Assembly (NCBI GenBank): GCA_003978875.1 | Contig: QNXQ01000121.1 | Coordinates: 1-45,521, forward strand | From: Aquifex sp. | GTDB taxonomy: Bacteria > Aquificota > Aquificia > Aquificales > Aquificaceae | Length of the DNA: 45,521 bases | Reading direction: 5' to 3' | Part shown: in pieces, positions 29,349-37,659 of the stretch | How positions within the stretch are numbered: the first letter of the stretch is position 1 | How the letters are laid out: each line of letters starts with the position of its first letter | The notes under the pieces: model-generated | Databases searched by the model: none | The model's input: the letters and a program-made list of their open reading frames with translations, nothing else | What the model was told of the DNA's origin: nothing | Position numbers and translations under genes: made by a program

Positions 29349-30656
29349 TCATTTACCCCACTTGTAAGTCAACCAAACCCAGTACTTTGTTACATCCTTA
29401 TCCCCTATACGGACTTTTTTAGCTTCATCATCGGCATTGTAGAACGCTGCTTTTGCTCCGAAGGCTAAGTTTTTGAAGATTTTTTTGGTATAGACTATAT
29501 CCAGTTCCGTTCCGAATTTATCCCCTCCTCCAGTAAAACTCTTATCCGCACTAAACCAGTGATACCTTGCCATAATTTTACCAATGGTTTTACTTTGTAA
29601 ACCCAGACCTATTCTTGTGTCTTCAAGACCGTATTTATTTGATGTTCCGGTGTATACCAAGAATACATCAGCCCATCCGTTGTGAGCGTGTAGTGTGGCC
29701 CAGGGTGTTGTAAAACCGTGTGTTTCGTTATTATCCGCTCCTTCCAAGAACTCGTATCCTAACTCAAGGAAAACTTTTCCATAGCCTGTATTGTAAGTTG
29801 GCTTAAGACTGAGGTAATAGTAAGAAGCTCCTATGTTTTTATTACCATTTTCATGACTTGTAAGTGTCGGGTCTTTTTGATAAGCGTACTCAGCCCAAAA
29901 TCCTAAAGAGAGGTTTTCCATTATTTTCGGTGCCCCGTTTACCTTTAGGCCGTAAGTATCATGCATACCGTTTAAGAGGTACGCGTAAGCTGCAAAATTT
30001 ACACCTAAAGGTTTATACTTATAACTCGCATGGAAAAGTAAAGAGTCGTTTCCGGCTACATCATCACCTATATTGGTATTGTGTGGAGCAAAAGCCCAAC
30101 TTTCTCCATTTCCAAGTTCGGTATCCGTAACACCCGTTTTTGCTGCAACGTATACCGCTGTAATGTCCAATCCTTTCATCGGTTTCAAATCAAATCTCAC
30201 AGCGTCAAAGGTTTGGGCCATCTGTCTCCAACCGACATGCCCAATAAATCTGTGATTGTCAAAGGTTATAATTTGTCTACCTATTTTCAGTCCAAATAAC
30301 CCACTTTTGTAAGAAAGAATAGCTTGGTTAATTCTAACTTGCTCTGGGTCAGGCACGAGCTCGTATCCACTTTTTTCGGGAGCATAGTCCTTAACAATTC
30401 CTGTGACTACCCAGGGTTCAAAGAGGAAATCGAGATTGTTTACATTGAATAGACCCTTGAAGGTAATGCCTGTTCTGATTCTTATCGTCAGAGCATTGGC
30501 TTCCTTGTTAGTGCTGTTATCGATATCAACATACTCATATCTCGGTCTCAGTTCAACGTTTACTTTAACATCTTTGGCTAAATCAATTGCAAAAACCGGG
30601 AAAGAAAAAATAGCAAGGGAAGCTATGTAAAGTCCCTTCTTCCTGAGGTTAGCCAT
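29349..30656 (-). CDS. Alginate-export (AlgE-like) family outer-membrane beta-barrel porin
   Basis: Signal peptide, LRPRYE, GRQIITFDNHRFIGHVGWRQMAQTFD, TPWATLHAHNGWADVF, GTELD; SD GGAGGTG before ATG 30656. Confidence 0.8.
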   Translation of the reverse strand: MANLRKKGLYIASLAIFSFPVFAIDLAKDVKVNVELRPRYEYVDIDNSTNKEANALTIRIRTGITFKGLFNVNNLDFLFEPWVVTGIVKDYAPEKSGYELVPDPEQVRINQAILSYKSGLFGLKIGRQIITFDNHRFIGHVGWRQMAQTFDAVRFDLKPMKGLDITAVYVAAKTGVTDTELGNGESWAFAPHNTNIGDDVAGNDSLLFHASYKYKPLGVNFAAYAYLLNGMHDTYGLKVNGAPKIMENLSLGFWAEYAYQKDPTLTSHENGNKNIGASYYYLSLKPTYNTGYGKVFLELGYEFLEGADNNETHGFTTPWATLHAHNGWADVFLVYTGTSNKYGLEDTRIGLGLQSKTIGKIMARYHWFSADKSFTGGGDKFGTELDIVYTKKIFKNLAFGAKAAFYNADDEAKKVRIGDKDVTKYWVWLTYKWGK

Positions 30657-30845
30657 ATCTAACACCTCCCTAAATTATATTTTAAATCATATTTTATGAC
30701 TTATAAATCAAAAAGTAAATTTTTCATAAAATTCAATTATTTACGCAAGCTTTTCGAAATAGGCTTTTATCAACCTCATTTAAATTTGATTTATTGGTCT
30801 TAAATTCTAAAATAAAAACCATTCATCTTAACGGAGGGAAGTAAA

Positions 30846-31436
30846 ATGAAGAAAACCCTTACAGGGGTTATAGAAAGTTATCTTGAAAACGAGGAGCTGG
30901 CAAGACACAATGCCAACTACGTTTACTCACTTCCGGCTCTTGCCAATATCCTTTCGGGAGAAGCTATGAAGGAGTATATGTTGAAGAAAATCCTATCTCC
31001 CGAGGAGAGGTTAATGCACGAAGAGGGATGGTGGTATCAGCATCAACTATCGGTTTTAGGCCCTTACTGTATAGGTTTTTCTGCTAAAGATATAGCCACT
31101 TGGGGTTTACGTTCAAACAGTAAGGTAATGCCTACATCCAGACCTCCCAAGAATTTAAGAACACTTATTGACCAGTGCGCCAATTTTATATGTTTGATTT
31201 CTCAAGAAGTAGCCGGAGCAGTAGCTCTAAATGATTTAATTACCATAGCAGCTTCTTACCTCTGGTATGAAGAAACAGTTAAAGGGAGAAAGTATACTGA
31301 AAAGGAACTTTTTAAAATATTCCAGAGCTTCTTCTACAATATCAACGCAATAAGGGAGTTTACGAAGAATTTAAAGTCTCCCTGGCAATTAAACGACTTT
31401 TACGAAGTTCCTGATTGCCCCTTTAACCTGAGATAA
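30846..31436 (+). pseudogene. nrdD: Truncated class III (anaerobic) ribonucleotide reductase, N-terminal fragment
   Basis: NAN, H..G..Y.H, PYC, PPK, SQEVAGAVA, QSFFYNIN motifs, then loss of similarity at ~31345; no glycyl-radical C-terminus. Confidence 0.8.
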
Positions 31437-32363
31437 ACTTACACTGAAAGGATTCTTTGTTCCCTGTTTTGTTCCCCTTTTCCTAAGCTCTTCCTCTATA
31501 GCTCCTATAACTTCCAACTTCCTTCCGTAAACACAGTAGTCGGGTGAAAGGAGTTTATCCTTTTCCGCCTCGGCGGTAAGTCTGTGAACTATCACATTTT
31601 CGGGAATTATTTCCAGCATATCAGCGGCAAAGGAAGCGTACTCTTCCAGAGAAAGAGTGTTGAACTCACCTGAAAGATACAGTTTTGCAAGTCCTGTATT
31701 TTTCATAACGTATATGGGATGTATCTTTACACCGTCCACGGGAAGAGAAGCTATTAGTTTTGCGGTTTCCATAAAATCTTCTTTGCCTTCACCCGGCAGA
31801 CCAACTATGGTGTGAACGCATACAAGAAGGTCGTACTTTTTAGCTCTCAATACGGCATCGACTAAATCTGAAACTCCGTGTTGCCTGTTTATTCTCTTTA
31901 AGGTTTCAAAGTTAGCACTCTGAAGCCCGAATTCTATCCATACTTCCAGTCCCATCTCTTTATAAGAACTGAGAAGTTCCAGAACCTCATCAGGAGCACA
32001 GTCCGGTCTGGTACCTACATCTATTCCCACAACTTCGTCAAATTCAAGGGCGACATCGTATATATTTTTCAGGAATTCTATATTCCCGTAAGTATTCGTA
32101 TAGGATTGATAGTACACGAAAAAACGAGTTTTTTTTCCGTATCTTTCTCTAGCCCTTTGAATTCCCTCTTCAATTTGTTTTTTCAAAGGTATCCAGGGCT
32201 CAAGGTGTGCAGGCCTGGAACCCTTATAACAGTAAATACATCCTCCCCTTCCCTTAGACCCATCTATATTCGGACAGGTAAAGGGCAGAGCAACAGGTAT
32301 TTTTTGAACTCTCGTTCCAAAACGTTCCTTTGCGTAAAGTCTGAAGTATCTTATAAGTTCCAT
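31389..32363 (-). CDS. Radical SAM protein, TIGR01212/YhcC family
   Basis: FTCPNIDG...GGCIYC, YQSYTNTY, GTRPDC, GLQS, GVKIH, VHRLT. Confidence 0.9.
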   Translation of the reverse strand: MELIRYFRLYAKERFGTRVQKIPVALPFTCPNIDGSKGRGGCIYCYKGSRPAHLEPWIPLKKQIEEGIQRARERYGKKTRFFVYYQSYTNTYGNIEFLKNIYDVALEFDEVVGIDVGTRPDCAPDEVLELLSSYKEMGLEVWIEFGLQSANFETLKRINRQHGVSDLVDAVLRAKKYDLLVCVHTIVGLPGEGKEDFMETAKLIASLPVDGVKIHPIYVMKNTGLAKLYLSGEFNTLSLEEYASFAADMLEIIPENVIVHRLTAEAEKDKLLSPDYCVYGRKLEVIGAIEEELRKRGTKQGTKNPFSVSLSQVKGAIRNFVKVV

Positions 32364-32426
32364 AATATTTAATTTTATGGTCTACAAATCATTTATTTTT
32401 ATGATAAAAGAAAGAAAAAAAGAGGA

Positions 32427-33566
32427 TTACCTGAAGAGGTATCTGTAAGCTTTTGAGAGATTTTGAATCAAGAAAGCAAGTATACCCAGATATATCACAG
32501 TAGAGATTGCGTGAAGCGGAGGGAATAGAACATCCACCGCAACGTAGAAAATATAAAGAATAGCCGAGAACTCCAAAAAGTTGATTAAGGATTTTTCATC
32601 CGTTAAATCGCTAATTGAGAACTCCGGTTGTTTTATCCCTGAAGCTTTCCAGTTCCATATTATTCTCGGAAGCAGGTGGAGCATTCCGCCGAATATAGTA
32701 AACGCGGCAAATCCGTAAACCATAAAGTCTATATGGAGATACAAAGCTGTGGGAAGAACTTCCGGATGGGAAGCTGAGAAACTTCCAAGAATTAATCCTA
32801 ATGGAAGAAAGGGTAAAGCAAAGAGAAACACCTTCACAACATTAGGAATAGGTGATGGCATTCTCCTTTTCTTGAAGAGTTCATACATGATGTAGAGGAA
32901 GTAAATCGAAACGGCAAACTCAAGTAATAACACTACGGCGAGCAGCTTATAATTCATACTCAGAAATGCAAGCAATACTGCAACAGTTGTAATTTGCTTC
33001 GCTTTAAAAAGCTGCTCCGCTTTTCTTATGTTAAGTGTGTCCATAATGAGCATGGGTATCCATGCTATTTCAACCCCGTAAATTGCATTAAGCATGGAAC
33101 CTACGGTAAGGGTGTGAACCGCAAGCTGAAGAGGAACAGCCTGCCAGTTAAAGTGGATAAATAAAAATAAACTTGCAAGAAAAAGGTAAATCACGGAAGA
33201 TATGAGAAACCGAACGGTTATCGGAGAAGTATTTCTTAAATTAGTTATTATATGGACTAGAAAAATGGTATGGGCTATAAACAGGTAAAAGGCTCCACTC
33301 TCATAATTCCCGAAGTAAAACTTTAAAAATGCATATAGGATTAAAGCGAAGACAAGATAAGACAATTTCGGTCTGGAAAGCTTGCGGTTCTGAGAATTTG
33401 GAACTATCTGGTAGATAGCTCCCGTTAGTGTAAGACCGATAAAGCCGAAAACCGAAGTTATAACGAAAAGTTGAAAATTCTGGGTAAGTTTTAAAAATAG
33501 TGAAAGGAAAAGGTTGATTAAAGCAAATATAAATAAAAAAGGTGTTACCTTGGATACGTAGAACAT
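32427..33566 (-). CDS. Polytopic membrane protein, NnrS/heme-copper-oxidase-like repeats, unknown function
   Basis: About 12 hydrophobic segments; repeated H-x4/6-G-x7-G-x5-P pattern (GFIGLTLTGAIYQIVP; HTLTVGSMLNAIYG; HIDFMVYGF...GGMLHLLP); SD GAGGTG before ATG 33566. Confidence 0.7.
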   Translation of the reverse strand: MFYVSKVTPFLFIFALINLFLSLFLKLTQNFQLFVITSVFGFIGLTLTGAIYQIVPNSQNRKLSRPKLSYLVFALILYAFLKFYFGNYESGAFYLFIAHTIFLVHIITNLRNTSPITVRFLISSVIYLFLASLFLFIHFNWQAVPLQLAVHTLTVGSMLNAIYGVEIAWIPMLIMDTLNIRKAEQLFKAKQITTVAVLLAFLSMNYKLLAVVLLLEFAVSIYFLYIMYELFKKRRMPSPIPNVVKVFLFALPFLPLGLILGSFSASHPEVLPTALYLHIDFMVYGFAAFTIFGGMLHLLPRIIWNWKASGIKQPEFSISDLTDEKSLINFLEFSAILYIFYVAVDVLFPPLHAISTVIYLGILAFLIQNLSKAYRYLFR

Positions 33567-33600
33567 TTTTTTCACCTCTCTTATGAAAGTAATTAATTAC

Positions 33601-34251
33601 TTATTTTATTTTAACACCTTTAAAGTTTAAAATCATAATTGCTAAATAAAGTCGTTGCATAAAATCCTTTTTCTCTATACCGAGTTCCTGCAGAGAAGTT
33701 ATTCTTCTCTTAAGTTCACACTCATCAATCCCTAGAATGCTTTCCGCTCTTTTATAATCAAAGGTTATATAAATACTCCCGTGGAGTAAAAAAGTTTCTT
33801 TTAATTCTCTCATAGCCATGGAAACTATTTTTCTTCCCGACTTGGTTTTTAACTCTCCGAAAGTCGGAAAGAAAAAGCAGTAATAAGTATCGAGTCTGTA
33901 ACTTTTATTTCTTTCAAATTCAAGTTCAATCCCGAAATATTCAAAAATTTTTACAAAATTTTCCGATATTCTTTTGTAAATCTTCCATAGATTTTGTTTT
34001 CTTTTGTAATCAACTATACAAAAGCTGATATCCCATCCGTGGATAAGTGCTCCTCCTCCCGTAGGTCTTCTAACAACTTTTACAGGAAACTTCTTCATTT
34101 TCTGATTTTTTCCGATACTTATACAAAGTTCACTCCACTCATAGATTCTAAAGCAGGGTTCGATTTTCCCTTCTTCCAGTGAAAATAAAAGTTCTTCATC
34201 CCTTTTCATATTCTCTTCAGGAGATAACTTCTCAAACCCTAAAAACTTCAT
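33601..34251 (-). CDS. Lipoate-protein ligase/octanoyltransferase family protein
   Basis: [34 protein letters not shown]. Confidence 0.88.
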   Translation of the reverse strand: MKFLGFEKLSPEENMKRDEELLFSLEEGKIEPCFRIYEWSELCISIGKNQKMKKFPVKVVRRPTGGGALIHGWDISFCIVDYKRKQNLWKIYKRISENFVKIFEYFGIELEFERNKSYRLDTYYCFFFPTFGELKTKSGRKIVSMAMRELKETFLLHGSIYITFDYKRAESILGIDECELKRRITSLQELGIEKKDFMQRLYLAIMILNFKGVKIK

Positions 34252-35162
34252 TGGGAGGAATAGATTTCCTCAAGTATTTCCCTTCCACCCATGTTGAGTA
34301 GCTTATCTGCGAGTCGTTTTCCTACTTCTTCCGCCTTTTGTACTTCTCCGATGTCTTGTCCCTCTATAAATCTTTCCGCTTCTAAATCGGATATAAAAGC
34401 CTTAAGTTTCACTTCTCCATCTTTTACCTCTGCAAAGGCACCTATGGGAACCTGACAACCGCCTTCCAGTTCTCTCAAAAAGGCTCTCTCGCATAAGGCG
34501 GATATATAACTTTCTTCATGGTTAAGAGGTTTTATAAGTTCTTCAATTTTTCTATCCCCTTCCCTTATCTCTATGGCGAGGCTTCCTTGTCCAACTGCCG
34601 GGATGAAGTCTTCAAGGATTTCCGTAACTTCGTCTAAATACCCCATTCTTTTTACCCCTGCATAAGCAAGGACAATTGCATCGTAGAGACCTTCCCTTAA
34701 CTTTCGCATACGTGTATCAACGTTACCTCTCAAAACTTCTACCTTTAAATCTTTTCTCCTTTTCTTGATTTGAACTTGTCTTCTCAAGGAAGAAGTACCA
34801 ATTTTTGCTCCAGAGGGAAGCTCGGATAACTTTTTTCCTTCTCTCGATATTAAAACATCGTAAGGAGTTTCTCTTTTGGTGATAGCTCCCAAGGTCAAAC
34901 CCTCGGGAATTTCCATGGGAACATCTTTGAGAGAATGTACTGCTAGGTCTATATCTCCTTCCAAAAGAGCCTTCTCTATTTCTTTAACAAAAAGTCCTTT
35001 ACCACCTATCTTTGCCAAAGGTACATCCGTAATCTTATCGCCGGTTGTCGTAATCTTTACCAGTTCGACTTCCACTCCCCAGTGTTTTTCCAGAAATTCC
35101 TTTACAAAGTTAGCTTGCCAAAGGGCTAATTTACTTTTTCTTGTACCAATTCTTACTTTCAT
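34248..35162 (-). CDS. hemC: Porphobilinogen deaminase (hydroxymethylbilane synthase)
   Basis: [49 protein letters not shown]; the ORF-track extension runs through the tRNA. Confidence 0.98.
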   Translation of the reverse strand: MKVRIGTRKSKLALWQANFVKEFLEKHWGVEVELVKITTTGDKITDVPLAKIGGKGLFVKEIEKALLEGDIDLAVHSLKDVPMEIPEGLTLGAITKRETPYDVLISREGKKLSELPSGAKIGTSSLRRQVQIKKRRKDLKVEVLRGNVDTRMRKLREGLYDAIVLAYAGVKRMGYLDEVTEILEDFIPAVGQGSLAIEIREGDRKIEELIKPLNHEESYISALCERAFLRELEGGCQVPIGAFAEVKDGEVKLKAFISDLEAERFIEGQDIGEVQKAEEVGKRLADKLLNMGGREILEEIYSSQ

Positions 35163-35170
35163 GAGAGTCA

Positions 35171-35262
35171 TGGCGGAAGGGGAGGGATTCGAACCCTCGG
35201 TACCCCAAACGGGGTACACGGCGTTTCCAGCGCCGCGCCTTCGACCGCTCGGCCACCCTTCC
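35171..35262 (-). tRNA. tRNA-Ser (anticodon GGA), CCA encoded
   Basis: GGAAGGG acceptor stem, anticodon arm CGGCG-CTGGAAA-CGCCG, long variable arm GTACCCC/GGGGTAC, GGTTCGAATCC, ends GCCA. Confidence 0.97.
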
Positions 35263-35277
35263 TGCCTAAGTATTTAA

Positions 35278-36549
35278 TTATAAAATCTTTACTTCGTATT
35301 CACAACGCTCGTCTATACTTTTTAGCTTATCGGGAAGTTTGCTTAGTTCCTCCATTACCGTTTCTCTTATATGCTTTAAATCGGGAAGCTCTTTTATTAG
35401 TCTTCCACCCTCTATAACTTTCTCAACGAGCTTTTCTCCTTTTCTTTCTGTTCCCCACTTTACACTCTCGTCGTAAGACATCTTTCCGCTTTCATAGTAT
35501 CTGTAAACCTGTCTTTTATAAGGAAAGGTTTTCTTTCCGGGACTCAATTTATACTTAGGTTTTCCTTCATATTCAACGAGTTTATAGGCTATATCAAAGT
35601 AAGGAGCATCCGCGGAAGTTATAAATTTCGTCCCTACACCAAATCCATCTATTGGAGCGTTAGCTTCAAGCCAAGATTTTATTTTGTATTCATCTACTCC
35701 CCCGCTTACGATAATCTTAACGTCATCTAGACCGTTTTCATTTAGCATTTGCCTCACTTCTTTTGTCAAGGAAACAACATCACCGCTGTCAATTCTTACA
35801 CCGATGACAGGAACTCCTTCCTTTGCAAGTTTTATTACTTTTCTAAGTCCTTCAAGTGTATCGTAAGTGTCTATCAAAAATATAGCGTTCTGAGGATACA
35901 ACCTCGCAAAAGCTCTAAATGCTTCTTCCTCTTCCTCAAATATCATTACATAAGAGTGAGCCATAGTGCCGACTACGGGTATTCCGAACCTTCTTCCCGC
36001 TTCAACATTTGAACTACCGTCAAACCCCGCTATATAAGATGCCCTTGCCGCATATATCCCTGCTTCCAGACCGTGGGCACGCCTAAATCCAAAATCTACA
36101 AGCTTTTTTCCCTTTGCTACTAAATAGCTTCTTACAGCCTTTGAAGCTATCATTGTCTCGAACTGTATCGTGTTAATGACTAAGGTTTCTAAAAGCTGAG
36201 CCTGTGGAATACTTGCTTCCACTTGAATTATCGGTTCATTCTGAAAAACTATTCTCCCTTCGGGAATAGCGTAAATATTCCCTTTAAACTCAAACTCCTT
36301 AAGGTAATCCAAGAAGTCATCTTTAAATATACCCAGACTCCTCATATATTTGATTTCTTTATCTCCGAACTTGAAATTCTCTATCCTCTTCACGAGAGTT
36401 TCCAATCCCGCGGATATTAAGAAGTTTCTATTCTCGGGTAATTTTCTTACAAAGAGGGAAAATACCGCATTTCCGGTTTTTCCTTCGTATAGATAGCTTT
36501 GAGCCATGGTAAGCTCGTATAAATCAGTACAAAGCCCTAAATATTCCAT
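35278..36549 (-). CDS. pncB: Nicotinate phosphoribosyltransferase
   Basis: [46 protein letters not shown]; start moved to ATG 36549. Confidence 0.96.
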   Translation of the reverse strand: MEYLGLCTDLYELTMAQSYLYEGKTGNAVFSLFVRKLPENRNFLISAGLETLVKRIENFKFGDKEIKYMRSLGIFKDDFLDYLKEFEFKGNIYAIPEGRIVFQNEPIIQVEASIPQAQLLETLVINTIQFETMIASKAVRSYLVAKGKKLVDFGFRRAHGLEAGIYAARASYIAGFDGSSNVEAGRRFGIPVVGTMAHSYVMIFEEEEEAFRAFARLYPQNAIFLIDTYDTLEGLRKVIKLAKEGVPVIGVRIDSGDVVSLTKEVRQMLNENGLDDVKIIVSGGVDEYKIKSWLEANAPIDGFGVGTKFITSADAPYFDIAYKLVEYEGKPKYKLSPGKKTFPYKRQVYRYYESGKMSYDESVKWGTERKGEKLVEKVIEGGRLIKELPDLKHIRETVMEELSKLPDKLKSIDERCEYEVKIL

Positions 36550-36574
36550 AATTAAAAAGTTTAAAATTAAACTA

Positions 36575-37225
36575 ATGTTGAAAATAGGTGTCCTTGTATC
36601 TGGAAGAGGAAGTAATCTCCAAGCGATAATAGATTCCATAGAATCCGGGAAACTAAACGCAAGCATTGAGGTTGTAATATCCGATAACCCGAAAGCTTAC
36701 GCTCTAGAACGGTGTAAAAAACATAGGGTAGACTACCAGATTATAGAAATGAAAAATTCTCCTTCCCGGAGAGATTTTGAAGAAAAAATCGCTGAGATTT
36801 TAAAATCTAAGAACGTTGAACTTGTAGTTCTTGCAGGATTTATGCGTATTCTTTCAGGTCATTTTCTAAAGTATTTCCCCCATAGGGTTATTAACATTCA
36901 TCCTTCTTTGATACCGGCTTTTCAAGGTATGCATGCCCAGAGACAGGCACTGGACTTTGGAGCTAAGTTTACCGGTTGCACTGTTCATATAGTAGATGAG
37001 AGTGTAGATGGCGGACCGGTAATAATCCAAGCTGTGGTGCCTGTACTTCCGGAAGATACGGAAGACACATTGGCTCAAAGAATTCTAAAATGGGAACATA
37101 AGATTCTACCTCAAGCTATTCAGTGGTTTGCCGAAGAAAGAGTAATCATTGAAGGAAGAAAAGTATTTATCAAAGATGCTCGATACGGAGAACTTCCCGT
37201 AAATCCTGCCTTGGAAATCTTCTAA
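36575..37225 (+). CDS. purN: Phosphoribosylglycinamide formyltransferase
   Basis: [36 protein letters not shown]; start moved to ATG 36575. Confidence 0.97.
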   Translation: MLKIGVLVSGRGSNLQAIIDSIESGKLNASIEVVISDNPKAYALERCKKHRVDYQIIEMKNSPSRRDFEEKIAEILKSKNVELVVLAGFMRILSGHFLKYFPHRVINIHPSLIPAFQGMHAQRQALDFGAKFTGCTVHIVDESVDGGPVIIQAVVPVLPEDTEDTLAQRILKWEHKILPQAIQWFAEERVIIEGRKVFIKDARYGELPVNPALEIF

Positions 37226-37297
37226 AACCCTCTTTATTCAGAAATAAGTTAATAAGGGAAAAACAGTAAACCGAATTTACAAAGGAACTTTAAAAGT

Positions 37298-37501
37298 TTA
37301 TATGAGTTGTTGTTGTTTTTTGAGGGCTTTTAGTATCTTCTTTCTCCTGTTTCTCTCTCTCTTTTTCTTCCTTTCACTTGGAGGCTCATAGTGTTCTCTT
37401 CTTTTGAGTTCCGTAAGAATTTGCTCTTGCTCTACTTTTGCCTTAAACCTCTTCAAAATCTTTTCCAGAGGTTCGCCTTCCTTAATTATTATCGTAACCA
37501 A
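37298..37501 (-). CDS. rpsU: 30S ribosomal protein S21
   Basis: LKRFK...RREHYEPPSERKK; SD AGGAGGTGA, TTG start. Confidence 0.95.
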   Translation of the reverse strand: MVTIIIKEGEPLEKILKRFKAKVEQEQILTELKRREHYEPPSERKKKRERNRRKKILKALKKQQQLI

Positions 37502-37638
37502 GCCTTCATCACCTCCTTTTACAAGATTAAGATTTTAGCAGATAAAAACGAAAGAGACATATGATTACAACTATTATAACTCGAAAACCTTGTAAATCCT
37601 TGATAAAAAAAGAAATAAGAAAAAGTTAACACAAGAGC

Positions 37639-37659
37639 AAAAGCCAACGGTTAGTCGGC
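37639..37659 (-). terminator. Intrinsic terminator after RND gene
   Basis: Minus strand GCCGAC-TAACC-GTTGGC-TTTT overlapping the stop codon. Confidence 0.5.

Noticed and set aside
35171-35262. tRNA-Ser as integration site of the denitrification cluster
   Set aside because: No duplicate of its 3' end and no integrase seen; housekeeping genes lie between it and the cluster
35163-35277. hemC N-terminal extension and + strand ORF 34876..35277
   Set aside because: Both are translations of the tRNA-Ser sequence or antisense to hemC
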